NCBI GenBank assembly: GCA_963817895.1
Contig: CAWFQB010000003.1
Span: 192,001-256,000, forward strand
Source of the DNA: an uncultured Chthonomonadaceae bacterium
GTDB taxonomy: Bacteria > Armatimonadota > Chthonomonadetes > Chthonomonadales > Chthonomonadaceae
Direction of reading: 5' to 3'
Length of the DNA stretch: 64,000 bases
The translations under genes were made by a program, and so were the position numbers. The first letter of the stretch is position 1, and each line of letters opens with the position of its first letter. The notes below the pieces were generated by a model. It ran no database searches and was not told where the DNA came from. It saw nothing but the letters and a program-made list of their open reading frames with translations. This document shows, in pieces, positions 51,160 to 62,427 of this stretch.

Positions 51160-52167
51160 TTGATGTTTATGAAGGCGTTTCTGGCCGTCGCCGTGCCTTT
51201 TCCTCCGACTGAAACGGCTGTCTGCACTTTTTTGGAACTTGCCCGAAAGGACAGGTTCGGCGTCCATACCATCACGGACAATCCCGATAGCGCGGATTTG
51301 ATTCTGTTTGTAGACCCGCACCAGATACCGGGCGATTGGCGGTTGCGTCCCATACGGCGGCATCCGCTTGCCGTCAAATATCGCGGCAAGACGATGGTCT
51401 ACGATGAGCGGGATCAACCCTGGCGCGCCCTGCCCGGATTATACGTCAGCATGCCGTCGCCGGTATTTGATACGCGCCGCCAACGCGCCTGCGCCTACCA
51501 CTGTGTGGCTAATGCGCCCCTGCGCGTTTCGGACGAAGTTCCCGATTTGTTGTTTTCGTTCATGGGCGGCAGGACGCACAAAGTTCGTAACGCGATTTTT
51601 CAACTTGAACACGCGCGCGCCCATATTGAAGACACATCAAACATTAATTTTTTTGTGGACAGGGGTGAACCTGAACGCGCGGCGAGGCTTCACACTCAGA
51701 AACAGCGTTTCGCGGAAATGATAAACCGCTCCATGTTTGTCTTGTGTCCGCGCGGGGCGGGAACGTCGTCCATTCGGCTTTATGAAGTTCTGGCAGCCGG
51801 GCGCGTCCCTGTTGTTATCAGCGACGATTGGGTTCCGCCCATCGGCCCCGATTGGAATGGGTGTATTCTGCGCGTCCGCGAAGGCGACATTGCCGCAATT
51901 CCGGCATTGCTGGAAGCGGCGGAGCCACGTTATGAGGAGATGGCGGCCAGCGCATTTCGCGCCTGTCAGGAGTGGTTCGCGCCGGACGTGATTTTTCACC
52001 GAATGATGGAAAGTTGCCAGGAATTGCTGCACAGTGGGGAGGCGTTCGAGCCGGCTTCATCCTTTAACCGCCAGTATATCCGCTTCACGGCGCGCGAGGC
52101 CAAAGCAAAGGCGCGTCAGTTTTGGCGGCAACTCCGAACCCGCCTATCGGAACGGGAAAAGCCATGA
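51160..52167 (+). CDS. Exostosin-like (GT47) protein
   Basis: LFSFMG; SMFVLCPRGAGTSSIRLYEVLAAGRVPVVISD. Confidence 0.85.
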   Translation: MMFMKAFLAVAVPFPPTETAVCTFLELARKDRFGVHTITDNPDSADLILFVDPHQIPGDWRLRPIRRHPLAVKYRGKTMVYDERDQPWRALPGLYVSMPSPVFDTRRQRACAYHCVANAPLRVSDEVPDLLFSFMGGRTHKVRNAIFQLEHARAHIEDTSNINFFVDRGEPERAARLHTQKQRFAEMINRSMFVLCPRGAGTSSIRLYEVLAAGRVPVVISDDWVPPIGPDWNGCILRVREGDIAAIPALLEAAEPRYEEMAASAFRACQEWFAPDVIFHRMMESCQELLHSGEAFEPASSFNRQYIRFTAREAKAKARQFWRQLRTRLSEREKP

Positions 52168-53315
52168 ACGTTGCCCTGTTTGCCAGCGCGTTTCATCCCA
52201 GCCTGGGCGGCGTCGAAGAGTTGGTACGGCAGCTTGCCCACATCTATCCGGGCAAGGGAGCGCAGCCGATTGTGATTACCAATCGCTGGCCCCGAACCCT
52301 GCCCGCGTATGAGGAGTACGAAGGAATCCCGCTGTATCGTATTGCGATGCGCGTGCCGGAAGGCGGCCTGAAAGCGCGCGCCAATTACGCGCTCACCCAT
52401 TCGGCCATACGACGCAGCCTGCGGCGCATTTTGACCGAGCGCGAAATAGAGTTGCTGCACGTCCAATGCGTCAGTTCCAACGGCTACTACGCGCTGCTTG
52501 CGAAACATGCCCTGAACCTGCCGCTTGTCGTCACGACGCAGGGCGAACGGACAATGGACGCCACAGGTTTATACCGGCGCAGCGCGTTTATGAACCGCGT
52601 TTTGCGTCAACTGCTTATGGAGGCCGATTACATCACGGCCTGTTCGCGTCACACGCTTGATGACATGGAGGGCTACTTCGGCGCGCCGTTCGGCGACCGC
52701 GCCGGTGTCATTTACAACGGCATTGAGACGAGGGACTTTTTGCAGGGCGAACCCTACGCGCATCCGCGCCCTTATGTGCTGGGCATTGGCCGCATGGTAG
52801 CGCAAAAAGGCTTCGATACGCTGGTACGCGCTTTTGCGCAGGCCGATATGCCCGGTTACGATCTGCTGCTGGCAGGCGACGGCGAAGAACGCCCCGCGCT
52901 GCAAACCTTAACCACAAGTCTCGGTTTGAATACTCGCGTCCACTTTTCAGGACGCGCTGACAGGAGCATGGCAGTGGCGCTTTTTAAGGGCTGCGCGTTT
53001 TTCGCCCTGCCGTCGCGCCAGGAGCCGTTCGGCATTGTCAATCTGGAAGCGATGGCGGCAAGTAAAGCCGTTGTCGCCACGCGAGTTGGCGGCGTGCCGG
53101 AAATCGTACAGGAGGGGCAAACCGGACTGCTGGTTCCTCCCGATGACCCTGACGCGCTTGCCGCCGCCCTGACGCGCCTTGCGACCGACTCGGCTTTGCG
53201 TTGCCGTCTGGCCGATGCGGGGCGGGAACGCGCCCAACAGTTTACCTGGTCCGCTATTGCCGGGCAGTATCTGGAAGTGTATCGTCGCGTGCAGCACAGG
53301 AAATCTACCGGATGA
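52164..53315 (+). CDS. GT4 glycosyltransferase
   Basis: HPSLGGVE; GRMVAQKGFD; EPFGIVNLEAM. Confidence 0.93.
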   Translation: MNVALFASAFHPSLGGVEELVRQLAHIYPGKGAQPIVITNRWPRTLPAYEEYEGIPLYRIAMRVPEGGLKARANYALTHSAIRRSLRRILTEREIELLHVQCVSSNGYYALLAKHALNLPLVVTTQGERTMDATGLYRRSAFMNRVLRQLLMEADYITACSRHTLDDMEGYFGAPFGDRAGVIYNGIETRDFLQGEPYAHPRPYVLGIGRMVAQKGFDTLVRAFAQADMPGYDLLLAGDGEERPALQTLTTSLGLNTRVHFSGRADRSMAVALFKGCAFFALPSRQEPFGIVNLEAMAASKAVVATRVGGVPEIVQEGQTGLLVPPDDPDALAAALTRLATDSALRCRLADAGRERAQQFTWSAIAGQYLEVYRRVQHRKSTG

Positions 53316-54262
53316 GTTCCACTCCCAATTCACTGATTATGGGCGTTGCGGCGCATTACACAGGCGACATGCTGATGCCGTTCCTGAAATCGCTACGCCA
53401 AACATCCTATCAGGGCAGAGTGTGTCTGTTTGTCGGGCAGATGACCGACGAGTCTATTGCGCAAATACGCCGGTACGCGGAGGATGTGATTGTTCTGGAT
53501 GGCGAGTATGGACAGCAAATCGCGCGCTATAATTTGAATAGATGCGTGAATTTGTTGGGCTGGATGCGGCGAACGCGGCGTATTCGCCGCATGTATCCCG
53601 GCTGCTTTCAGGCTGTTTCGAAAATCGCCGCCGCTCCGCGCCGCAAAGCCCTGCAAAACGATCTGGAACAACGTTTGGAAGGCTACCAATCTCTGCGCTA
53701 CGCGGAGTATCTGAAGTACATCCAGAATTGCGCGTCGGACGCGGACTACATTTTGCTTTCCGATGTCCGCGATGTTATTTTTCAGGACGACCCGTTCAAA
53801 CATAAGTTTACCTTCGAACTGGAAACGTTTCAGGAAGCGGAACACCTGTGCATCAACGCCGAACCTTTCAATCAGCGCTGGATTGCGAATTTGTACGGAC
53901 AAGATATGCTGCGCGCGATTGGGGAACAAACCATCTCCTGTTCGGGAACCACAATGGGGACGCGGAACGGTATCCTGCGCTATCTTCAGGCCATGACAGC
54001 CGAACTCGCGCGGCATACGCGCCCACTGGGAAGCCACGATCAGGGCGTCCATAACTATCTGCTGTACAACAACGGCCTTGATCCGGTGGAAATCTATGCC
54101 AACGGGGTTGGCCCGGTACTCACGCTTGGCGGCGAAAAAGAACTCAGGCGCGACTCGCAGGGCCGGTTGCTCAACACGGACGGCTGCGTGGCTCCCGTTG
54201 TGCATCAATACGACCGTCACCCGAATCTGGCGCGGGAACTCCTGCGCCGTTTCGAAGCGTGA
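53312..54262 (+). CDS. Hypothetical protein, probable GT-A fold transferase
   Basis: LSDVRDVIFQDDPF, CSGTTMG, DQGVHNY, VHQYDR. Confidence 0.6.
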   Translation: MSSTPNSLIMGVAAHYTGDMLMPFLKSLRQTSYQGRVCLFVGQMTDESIAQIRRYAEDVIVLDGEYGQQIARYNLNRCVNLLGWMRRTRRIRRMYPGCFQAVSKIAAAPRRKALQNDLEQRLEGYQSLRYAEYLKYIQNCASDADYILLSDVRDVIFQDDPFKHKFTFELETFQEAEHLCINAEPFNQRWIANLYGQDMLRAIGEQTISCSGTTMGTRNGILRYLQAMTAELARHTRPLGSHDQGVHNYLLYNNGLDPVEIYANGVGPVLTLGGEKELRRDSQGRLLNTDGCVAPVVHQYDRHPNLARELLRRFEA

Positions 54263-55242
54263 ATGGAGCCGAGACGCCTGCAATGACAACTGCGCCCCTG
54301 ATAAGCATCATTATTCCCGCGTATAACTGCGCCCGCTTTCTGGAGCAAACGCTTAAAGGGATTTTGGCGCAAACCGTTATGGCATGGGAATGTGTTATCA
54401 TTGATGATGGGTCGGGGGACGAAACCGCTGCCATTGCCAAACGTTATGCCTGTGATGATGTTCGTTTTCGCGTGTTCGGCCAGCCCAATGGTGGCCCTTC
54501 GGTGGCGCGCAATCATGGGTTTCGCGTCAGCAATGCGGCTGCGCGGTATGTCACCTTTATGGACAGCGATGATGTCTGGTTGCCCCATGCGCTGCAAACG
54601 CTGCTCGGGGAGATTGAGCGACACCCGGACGCGATTGGCGCGCACGGCCTGGGAGAATACATAGACGCGCAGGGGAATGTTGTCCATCCCGGCGAGTATG
54701 CCGAACGCGGCAGGCGGCGCATGGGCTTCGACGGTAAAAAATTTCGTTTGTGGGACATCGCGCAGCCGACAAGTTTTGCGGTATTATCGCAGGGAAACGT
54801 TTTGTTTCCGCCAGGCCTCATTCTTGCCAGAAGAAGCGCGTATGACAAAGCCGGACCGTTTGACGAGTCGTTCAAAGGCCCGGAAGATTGGGATATGCTG
54901 ATACGCCTGAGCCGGCATGGCGATTTACGGTTTGTCAATGAGATCATTCTTCTGTATCGCCGTCACGATTCCAATCTGGGCGCGGTGGCGGGCATCGAGC
55001 GCGAAGCCTGGCGCGTACGGTGCAAAGCCTTCTTTTCACCGGAAAACAGCCCGGAACAACAGCGCATTGCGCGAGGCGGATGGCGAGCCTATCAAATCTA
55101 TATGACGCGCCAGCGAATGCGCCAGGCGGCGGAACATCTGTCACGACAACAGTACAAACAGGCGGCAGGCGCTATGGCGCGAATTCCCGTTCACTTGTAC
55201 CGATACGCGCAGGGGTTTCCAACGCAACGAAGACGCTCCTGA
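54259..55242 (+). CDS. GT2 glycosyltransferase
   Basis: ISIIIPAYN, DDGSGD, FMDSDD, EDWD. Confidence 0.92.
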   Translation: MNGAETPAMTTAPLISIIIPAYNCARFLEQTLKGILAQTVMAWECVIIDDGSGDETAAIAKRYACDDVRFRVFGQPNGGPSVARNHGFRVSNAAARYVTFMDSDDVWLPHALQTLLGEIERHPDAIGAHGLGEYIDAQGNVVHPGEYAERGRRRMGFDGKKFRLWDIAQPTSFAVLSQGNVLFPPGLILARRSAYDKAGPFDESFKGPEDWDMLIRLSRHGDLRFVNEIILLYRRHDSNLGAVAGIEREAWRVRCKAFFSPENSPEQQRIARGGWRAYQIYMTRQRMRQAAEHLSRQQYKQAAGAMARIPVHLYRYAQGFPTQRRRS

Positions 55243-55333
55243 CGGTACAGAGCAATGAACAGTATAGCCTTGCCACAATGCCACGCCGATCCCATTTGCT
55301 TAATCCTGACTTCGGGTACACTATCGAATAAAC

Positions 55334-56272
55334 ATGCGCAGTCTTATCAAAGATTTGAAATCGCTTCATCAGGACTTTGGCGCCGCAATCCGTATTGCGG
55401 CGGACGCGCGTTCGCGCGTGCGGCTGATAGCGGATTTTTGCCTGTCTCGCCTCATGCGGCTGTGTTCGATTTACGGCATGGATCAAGAACGGCAAATTCA
55501 GTTGCGGGGCGGGGGAACGCTGACATATAGGCTCAATCGCGCCGATATTTACACGATACATGAGGTGTGGGTTGAAGAGATGTACCGTTTACCTGCCGAT
55601 CTCAAGCCCCGCCTGTTTGTGGATTTAGGCGCAAACATCGGCCTGACCAGTTTGTGGCTCGCGCGTCGTTATGGATGCGAACAGGTCATTGCTGTCGAGC
55701 CATCCCCCGGCAATGCCGCTCTCGCCCGCAAAAATTTGCTGTCCAAAACGTTTGCGGCCCATGTTGTGGAAGCCGCCGCCGGATCGGAAAACGGCACGGC
55801 GCTTTTTGATGCCGGTCCAAGTCCGACGAATGGGCGCATTGTCGGCGAGGACCCGGCGCAAAACAACGTTCAGTCCGGCCAATACGCGGTGCGCGTATTG
55901 AACATGGAGGCTGTTCTGAAGGACCTGCCGGAAACAACGCCGATAGATTTGATGAAAATTGACATCGAAGGCGGCGAACAGGATTTACTAAGCAGCAATA
56001 TCGGCTGGCTGGATCGGGTTTCCGCGCTCATAATCGAGTTTCATCCCGCATTGGTTAATTATGACCGCTTGATCGCCATTCTGGACGCTGTAGGTTTTCG
56101 TCGCGTGACAGTGCTTTGTACAAACCCAACAGGGGGCAACACGCTGGAATTTTGGGCGCGGTCCGTCCGCAGCGGGGGACATAAACGCCTCTGCCGTAAT
56201 GCAAAGTTTTCCCGTTGTGGCCTGAACATTTCTAACGCAGTCCACGAATTTGGCAGCGTTCCAACCCACTAA
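55334..56272 (+). CDS. FkbM family methyltransferase
   Basis: VDLGANIG, VEP, MKIDIEGGE. Confidence 0.9.
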   Translation: MRSLIKDLKSLHQDFGAAIRIAADARSRVRLIADFCLSRLMRLCSIYGMDQERQIQLRGGGTLTYRLNRADIYTIHEVWVEEMYRLPADLKPRLFVDLGANIGLTSLWLARRYGCEQVIAVEPSPGNAALARKNLLSKTFAAHVVEAAAGSENGTALFDAGPSPTNGRIVGEDPAQNNVQSGQYAVRVLNMEAVLKDLPETTPIDLMKIDIEGGEQDLLSSNIGWLDRVSALIIEFHPALVNYDRLIAILDAVGFRRVTVLCTNPTGGNTLEFWARSVRSGGHKRLCRNAKFSRCGLNISNAVHEFGSVPTH

Positions 56273-56281
56273 AGGTTTGCA

Positions 56282-57472
56282 ATGGATACTGCGCCGGACC
56301 TGATTTTTGTTTCGCTGGAAAACTGGGATGATATATGGCGGCGTAACCAGTTTATTTGCGCCGCCTACGCCCGCCGCTTTCCGCAAAGCAAAATTCTCTT
56401 TGTGGGCCTGCCACGCAATGTGTCGCATCATCTGCGAAGGGGAACGCTGAGGCAGTTGCGCGAGGAAGCGACATGGACAGTTGCCGATTTGCCCGGCATC
56501 ACCGTTACGCGCCCGTTGAAGCTGTTTCCCAACACGCTTGCCGCAGGACGCGAACTGAATGAGCGCGGTATGCGCGCCCATGTGCGCCATGCCGCGCGCC
56601 GGATGCGGTTGGATAACCCTGTCTTGTGGCTGAACCCGCATGATGCCGTTCATACTGTCGGACGTATGGACGAGCGCGCAGTGATTTATGACATCACCGA
56701 TGATTGGACGGAATTGTCGCAATCTCCCGCTCGTAAGGTGCTGGTTCAGGCGCAGGATGCCGCGCTGTGCCGCCGGGCGGATGCCGTTATCGTCTGCTCG
56801 GAAAAACTTTTCGCGCTGAAACGCGGCCTGGCGCGAAACCTGCATCTGATCCCGAATGGCGTGGACGCCGAACACTACCGCTGCGTACTGGAGGATACGG
56901 GCGCACTGCCTGAAGAAACAAGAGCCTGGCGCAAGCCGGTTCTGGGCTATACGGGCAGCATCCATCCCGACCGCGTGGATGTGGACTTGATTGCCGAACT
57001 TGCCTGCGCTCTGCCACAGGCAACCCTGGCCCTTGTCGGTCCGAATATGCTTCCCGAAGCGATGCGAACGCGCCTGCAAGCGCAGCCTAATATCATTTTC
57101 ACGGGCAGTATTCCGTATGCGCGTCTGCCGCAAATCATGCGCGCATTCGATGTGTGCATTGTGCCGCACCGCGTAACGCCCTTTACGGAAAGCCTGAATC
57201 CTATCAAATTATGGGAGTACCTGGCAGCGGGAAAACCGATTGTTTCTACTGATGTTGCCGGTTTTCGAGACTATCCTGAACATGTCGCCATTGCGCAGAA
57301 TTTAGAAATGTTTGTTCGCGCAGCCGGGGCGGCGCTGCATGAAGCGGATGCCCGAAAGCAGGCGCGTCGCGTCGAGGCGCGATGCCATTCCTGGGAGCGG
57401 CGTTTAGATGCCATCCTCGAAGCGCTGAAGCAGGCTGAAACGGCTGCGCAAGGATTGAGCGCGCAAGTTTAA
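56282..57472 (+). CDS. GT-B glycosyltransferase (TuaH-like)
   Basis: YDITDDW; PNGVD; PIKLWEYLAAGKPIVS. Confidence 0.9.
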   Translation: MDTAPDLIFVSLENWDDIWRRNQFICAAYARRFPQSKILFVGLPRNVSHHLRRGTLRQLREEATWTVADLPGITVTRPLKLFPNTLAAGRELNERGMRAHVRHAARRMRLDNPVLWLNPHDAVHTVGRMDERAVIYDITDDWTELSQSPARKVLVQAQDAALCRRADAVIVCSEKLFALKRGLARNLHLIPNGVDAEHYRCVLEDTGALPEETRAWRKPVLGYTGSIHPDRVDVDLIAELACALPQATLALVGPNMLPEAMRTRLQAQPNIIFTGSIPYARLPQIMRAFDVCIVPHRVTPFTESLNPIKLWEYLAAGKPIVSTDVAGFRDYPEHVAIAQNLEMFVRAAGAALHEADARKQARRVEARCHSWERRLDAILEALKQAETAAQGLSAQV

Positions 57473-57526
57473 AATATACAAGCAACGGAAATTATATACG
57501 AAATTTATAGTGTTAATAAAGTAGAA

Positions 57527-58847
57527 ATGGGCCACGAACAGGGGGCGCGATTGTATGAGAGGAAGAGCAAAATCGTAATAAGAACGGAATTGCCCCGTCT
57601 GATACAACTGGACGTGTTAAGAGGCGTGGCTATTCTGTTGGTGCTTGGAAGCCATGCGCCGGTGCCTGCATCCGCGGCAGGATGGCTGCAGCCATTCGCC
57701 GTTGTCTGGCAGCGTTTCGGATGGGCTGGAGTGGACTTATTCTTTGTACTCAGTGGCTTCTTAATCGGGGGGCTTTTATTTAATGAACTGCGAATACATT
57801 CGCGCCTGGATGTGCGTCGCTTTATTATTCGCCGCTGTTTCAAAATATGGCCCTCTTACTACTTATGTGTTTTCGCGGCATTTCTTTTGACGCTGGCGCG
57901 TACTCATGGTCAGTTCCCCACATCGTTTTGGATTGTATGGCCTAATATAGTTCATATACAAAACTATTGTATGGGTGAGCGGCCTATTCTGCATACTTGG
58001 AGTTCTGGCTGTTGAAGAACACTTTTACCTTGCCCTGCCTTTATGCCTGTTGCTTCTTCAAGGCAAACGTGACAGGCAACATTCCTATCTATCAGCGGTG
58101 CCGCTAATTGCTTGCAGCGTAATGATATTTTGCCTGGGCTTCCGTTGCATAGTGAATAGCCGCCATCCCTTCAACAGTTACACGCACATTTTCTACACGC
58201 ATATTCGCGCCGATTCTTTAATGTTCGGTGTTCTGCTCGCGTACTGGTATCATTTTGCTTCAGAAACATTAGCGCGGGTGTCTCAAAAGCGGTTTCTGTT
58301 GTCAGCAATCAGTCTGTTGTTAATTAGTCCGGCAATGATTTATAACAGAGAATCTACACTGTTTCTCTGGACTGTCGGTTATACAGCACTTTACTTTGGT
58401 TTTGGCGGTGTTTTACTGGTGATGGTAAACACGCAGCCTGGCGAGGGCTGGCTGGGAAAGCGCCTGGAAGGACGAACTGCGCAGTTGCTCGCATGGATAG
58501 GAACTTCCAGTTATACGATCTACCTATGGCATGGCTTGTTTGCGCTTCGGCCAGTCGAGAGTTTGGACCGTCACCTGCTGATTCATATTCCTTTCATCCG
58601 CTGGGGTTTCGGAATGACCCTGTATATTGGTCTTGCCATAGGCGTAGGTGTTTTTGCAGGCGCATTGGTTGACAGGCCAATGTTGCAAATGCGGAATCGC
58701 TTTTTTCCGGCTCGCGCGGATGCCTTGACGTTGCCCTTACAAAGTTTGCAGAGGAGGGAGACAGCAAGTTCATCGGATGTTGCGCTCTCTTCTGTTGCGC
58801 TTTCTGCGACAGAAACGGCAGGCGCGTTCTCAGAAAATATACATTGA
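57527..58847 (+). CDS. Acyltransferase-3, one frameshift near 58000
   Basis: LDVLRGVA, GVDLFFVLSGFL, HTWS then LAVEEHFY in the next frame. Confidence 0.88.
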
Positions 58848-58873
58848 TGGGAACGCCTGGAGATTAATTTGTG

Positions 58874-59851
58874 ATGCCCCCTCGCTTAAGCGTGACGATT
58901 GTCACCGGCAGCAGTAAGGAGATGTTGCGCGACTGTCTACACTCGCTGATTATGGACAATGCGGATGTGCCTGCCGAAATCATCGTTGTGGACAACGCTA
59001 CCCAAAGCGGTATTGTAGAAATGGTGGGAAACGACTTTCCCACTGTGCATCTGCTTGTCAATACGCATCGGAATGGCTTTGCCGCTAACCAGAACCGCGC
59101 CCTTCGCGCCAGTCATGGCGATTACATTTTGCTCTTAAATGACGATACAATCGTTCGTCCCGGCGCTCTTCAGGTTTTAACTAACTTTCTGGATCAACAT
59201 TCTGAAACAGGACTCGTTGGCTGCCGCCTTACTAACCCGGATGGCAGTTTGCAAAAAAGCTGCTATAAATTTCCTTCGCCTGCCCGTTCGATTGCGGAAA
59301 ATTTGTTTCTGGTCGCGGCCTTTCCCAATCATCCCTGGTGGGGCGATTACCGAGCATGGCCGCATGATCAAACGCGCAATGTTGATTTTGTTATCGGCGC
59401 TGCCATGCTGGCGCGCCGAGAAGTGGTTGAGACTGTCGGCTTGCTGGACGAGAGTTTTTTTGTGTACGCCGAGGAAACCGATTGGTGCAAGCGTATGCGT
59501 CAAGCAGGCTGGCAGGTCGCGTTTACGCCGGATGCCACTGTCGTTCATTATGGCGGTCAAAGTAGTGTTGCTATGAAAAACCAGCAATTTGTTGAGTTTA
59601 CGCGCAATCAAATGAGGTATATTATTAAACATCACGGGGTGTTTGGCGGCGCGGTCTACCGTGTTTCCATGCTCCTGGGCGCCGTCCTGCGCATTACGCT
59701 ATGGGGAATAGCCTCACTCGCGCGCCCTTCCAAACGCGCCACCGTAAAACTTTGGTGGCGTATTCTGCGTTGGCACCTGGGGTTCGGACCTCATCAGGGC
59801 ATTCGTGAATTGGCGACCGCCAAAAGCGCAGTGCCTTTTCCTGCGCTATAA
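58874..59851 (+). CDS. GT2 glycosyltransferase (WbbL-like)
   Basis: VDNA, GFAANQN, LLNDD, YAEETDWC. Confidence 0.92.
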   Translation: MPPRLSVTIVTGSSKEMLRDCLHSLIMDNADVPAEIIVVDNATQSGIVEMVGNDFPTVHLLVNTHRNGFAANQNRALRASHGDYILLLNDDTIVRPGALQVLTNFLDQHSETGLVGCRLTNPDGSLQKSCYKFPSPARSIAENLFLVAAFPNHPWWGDYRAWPHDQTRNVDFVIGAAMLARREVVETVGLLDESFFVYAEETDWCKRMRQAGWQVAFTPDATVVHYGGQSSVAMKNQQFVEFTRNQMRYIIKHHGVFGGAVYRVSMLLGAVLRITLWGIASLARPSKRATVKLWWRILRWHLGFGPHQGIRELATAKSAVPFPAL

Positions 59852-59888
59852 GAGTTGCGCAGGAACAGCAACACCGTAAAAGCCTTTT

Positions 59889-61283
59889 ATGCACTCTACG
59901 CCCATCAACAAATCAACTTCGCCACAGCCGCTATCCCTGACGTCACTGATGCATCCGCAAGTCGCCACGCTGCTGATGCTGATTACCGTTGTTGCCGTTG
60001 CCGCTGTGTTTTGGAATTCGCCTGATCTGGCTCTTGCGCTTGTCTTTGTGGGCTTGTGTGTTCTGGTAGCGCACAAACACCGTTCCGGGTTCATCCTCGC
60101 GGCCTATGCTTCCTTTCCCTTTCAGAGTTCTCTGACAGGTGAAAATCTGGGAGGTAACTTCAGCGTATCCGATGCTCTACTGATTGTAGCCTTTCTGTCG
60201 CTGCCTATTTTGCTGCTGCACAGAAAGCGACTGGTTGTTGGTCCGGCTGGTACTGGATTGCTCCTGTTTCTTAGCCTTTCCACCATCTCCTCTGCCCTCC
60301 ATTGGGATGGGCTAGGCACTGCCGTCTCGTTGGCGCGCATGTGGGTCGCAACCTTTCTGGCGGTTCTGCTATTCGCCAACGTCAATGATCGTTTTGCGTT
60401 TGCGCATCGCTGCTTTACCGTATTTCTGGCAGGCATCAATATTCTGAGCATTGGCAGCGTCCTTGCCTTTTTTAAAGGAGGCATCAATGGCAGTATGTAT
60501 ACATTCGGCAACCACAAAAACCTGCTTGGGCCGATGTTCGGCTGTGGCATTGTGATTGCGCTGACCTACTTGTTCACCGGGCAGGCGCGAGGCAGGTGGC
60601 GCGTGTGGTTGGCCCTTACTGTTGCTGGCGCGAGTATCGGCATCTTGCTGTCTCTATCCCGGGGGGGTTGGATCGCCACTGCGATTGCCATTGCGCTGCT
60701 CCTTCTCATGTTGAGGCAATTAAAAGCGCTGGTAATCAGTGTTCTGGTAATGGTGCCTTTGCTGTTTCTCGTCTGGCAAATGCTGCCGGAAAAGGCGACA
60801 GACTATGCCTCCGATGTCTCCGGCAACGCGCATACCATTCAGACGCGATTGGCAACAATCAACCAGGTCATGGATGCGTACAATGAAAGCCCTTTGATTG
60901 GCGTCGGCGTCGGCTTGCGTAAAAAGCTCGAGCCGCACAATGTGCTGGTATTGACGCTTGGGGAAGAGGGTATCCTGGGGGTCTGTTGTTTCACAGGCAT
61001 GTTCGCGGGCGGCTTTTATACGTTTGCGGTCGCGTGGAGGTGGGCAAAGGCGGATGTTCAGGCGCGACAAATTATTATCATTGGCGCATGTCTGTTGCTT
61101 CTGTCGCTCGTTGCGGGCATGATGGATGTTTACTGGCGGCGCGGCGTTGGCTTTCTGGGATGGGCAGCCGTCGGCATGGCGGCGAACATCATTCACCTGG
61201 GGCAGGAGGGGAAACTGCCGACTGCCGCGCCGACAGACACGTCTCCAATAACGGCGGGGAAGTCAGCAGTAGCGGCGTTATGA
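59889..61283 (+). CDS. O-antigen ligase / Wzy-like membrane protein
   Basis: HKNLLG, SLSRGGW, SPLIGVGVG, PHNVLV..LGEEGILG. Confidence 0.85.
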   Translation: MHSTPINKSTSPQPLSLTSLMHPQVATLLMLITVVAVAAVFWNSPDLALALVFVGLCVLVAHKHRSGFILAAYASFPFQSSLTGENLGGNFSVSDALLIVAFLSLPILLLHRKRLVVGPAGTGLLLFLSLSTISSALHWDGLGTAVSLARMWVATFLAVLLFANVNDRFAFAHRCFTVFLAGINILSIGSVLAFFKGGINGSMYTFGNHKNLLGPMFGCGIVIALTYLFTGQARGRWRVWLALTVAGASIGILLSLSRGGWIATAIAIALLLLMLRQLKALVISVLVMVPLLFLVWQMLPEKATDYASDVSGNAHTIQTRLATINQVMDAYNESPLIGVGVGLRKKLEPHNVLVLTLGEEGILGVCCFTGMFAGGFYTFAVAWRWAKADVQARQIIIIGACLLLLSLVAGMMDVYWRRGVGFLGWAAVGMAANIIHLGQEGKLPTAAPTDTSPITAGKSAVAAL

Positions 61284-62419
61284 TATCGGAACTGAGAGTG
61301 GTTCAACTGCTGGATACGGATCAGTTCGCGGGTACGGAACGCTATGTCCTGACGCTGTGCGCTGAACTGGCGCAACTCGGCGTCACGCCCTTTATTGCCT
61401 GCCTGCCCGATAGTCCGCTATGCAGGGAAGCGCGGCAACTGCATCTGCAAACATTACCGGTATTACAGCAGGGCAATCCCCTGCGCAACGTCCGCGCGCT
61501 CACATCCGCGCTGCGCGAGAACCGTATCACGCTGATACATGCGCATAATGGTCGAGCGACGCTGCTGGCCGCTCTGACGCGCCGTAAAATCGACATCCCG
61601 GCGCTGATGACGCAGCATTTCCTTGCGCCGCAGTTTACCACCTATCGTGGCCCGAAGCGCCTTGTGGCAGGGGTAGCCCATCATTGGGTCAATCGCCGGT
61701 TAGCGCATGTGATAGCTATTTCCGAGGCGGCGCGAAGCGCGATGATAACGCGGGAACACATTCCTCCCGGACGCATTACAACCGTTCCCAATGGCATATC
61801 GCTCATTGAGGAACCTGATGCGGAGCGTCGCGCGATGATTCGGCGGGAATTGAGTATTGCCGACAATCAGCCCCTTGTTGTCACAGTCGCGCGCCTGGCA
61901 GCGGAAAAAGGGATTTCCTGCCTGCTGCAAAGCATCGTATTGGTTGGTAAAACCTATTCTGAAGCGCGTTTTGTGGTTGTGGGCGCGGGACCCTTGCAGG
62001 AACAACTTCTTCGCGAGGCGAAACAATGGGGCATCGAGGACCGGCTTACCTTTACGGGGTTTCGCGGCGATGCGCAGAACTTCATTGCCGCCGGAGATAT
62101 TTTCGTTCTGCCCAGTCCGGCGGAGCCGTTCGGACTGGTATTGCTGGAAGCAATGGCATTGGCAAAACCTGTGATCGCCACCCGCGCGGGCGGGCCGCTG
62201 GAGATTGTGGAAGCGGACAGAACCGGCCTGCTGGTTCCCCCCGGCGACCCCAACGCGCTTGCGGATGCGATTACGCGATTGCTTTCGCAACCCGACACGG
62301 CGCAGACAATGGGACAGGCGGGCCGCCTTCGGTTTGAACAGCATTTTACCGCGCGGCAAATGGCGCAGGCGACGCTGGCAGTTTATGAAAAAGCAGTGAA
62401 GGGCGAGAGTGGAGAGTAA
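61280..62419 (+). CDS. GT4 glycosyltransferase
   Basis: AGTERYV; RLAAEKG; EPFGLVLLEAM. Confidence 0.93.
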   Translation: MISELRVVQLLDTDQFAGTERYVLTLCAELAQLGVTPFIACLPDSPLCREARQLHLQTLPVLQQGNPLRNVRALTSALRENRITLIHAHNGRATLLAALTRRKIDIPALMTQHFLAPQFTTYRGPKRLVAGVAHHWVNRRLAHVIAISEAARSAMITREHIPPGRITTVPNGISLIEEPDAERRAMIRRELSIADNQPLVVTVARLAAEKGISCLLQSIVLVGKTYSEARFVVVGAGPLQEQLLREAKQWGIEDRLTFTGFRGDAQNFIAAGDIFVLPSPAEPFGLVLLEAMALAKPVIATRAGGPLEIVEADRTGLLVPPGDPNALADAITRLLSQPDTAQTMGQAGRLRFEQHFTARQMAQATLAVYEKAVKGESGE

Positions 62420-62427
62420 TTGCAGCC

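Noticed and set aside
55988..57169. Long antisense ORFs (this 393-aa one, also 40981-42000, 62677-63651, 7386-8264)
   Set aside because: Shadow frames of clear genes in GC-rich DNA, with no recognisable motifs.
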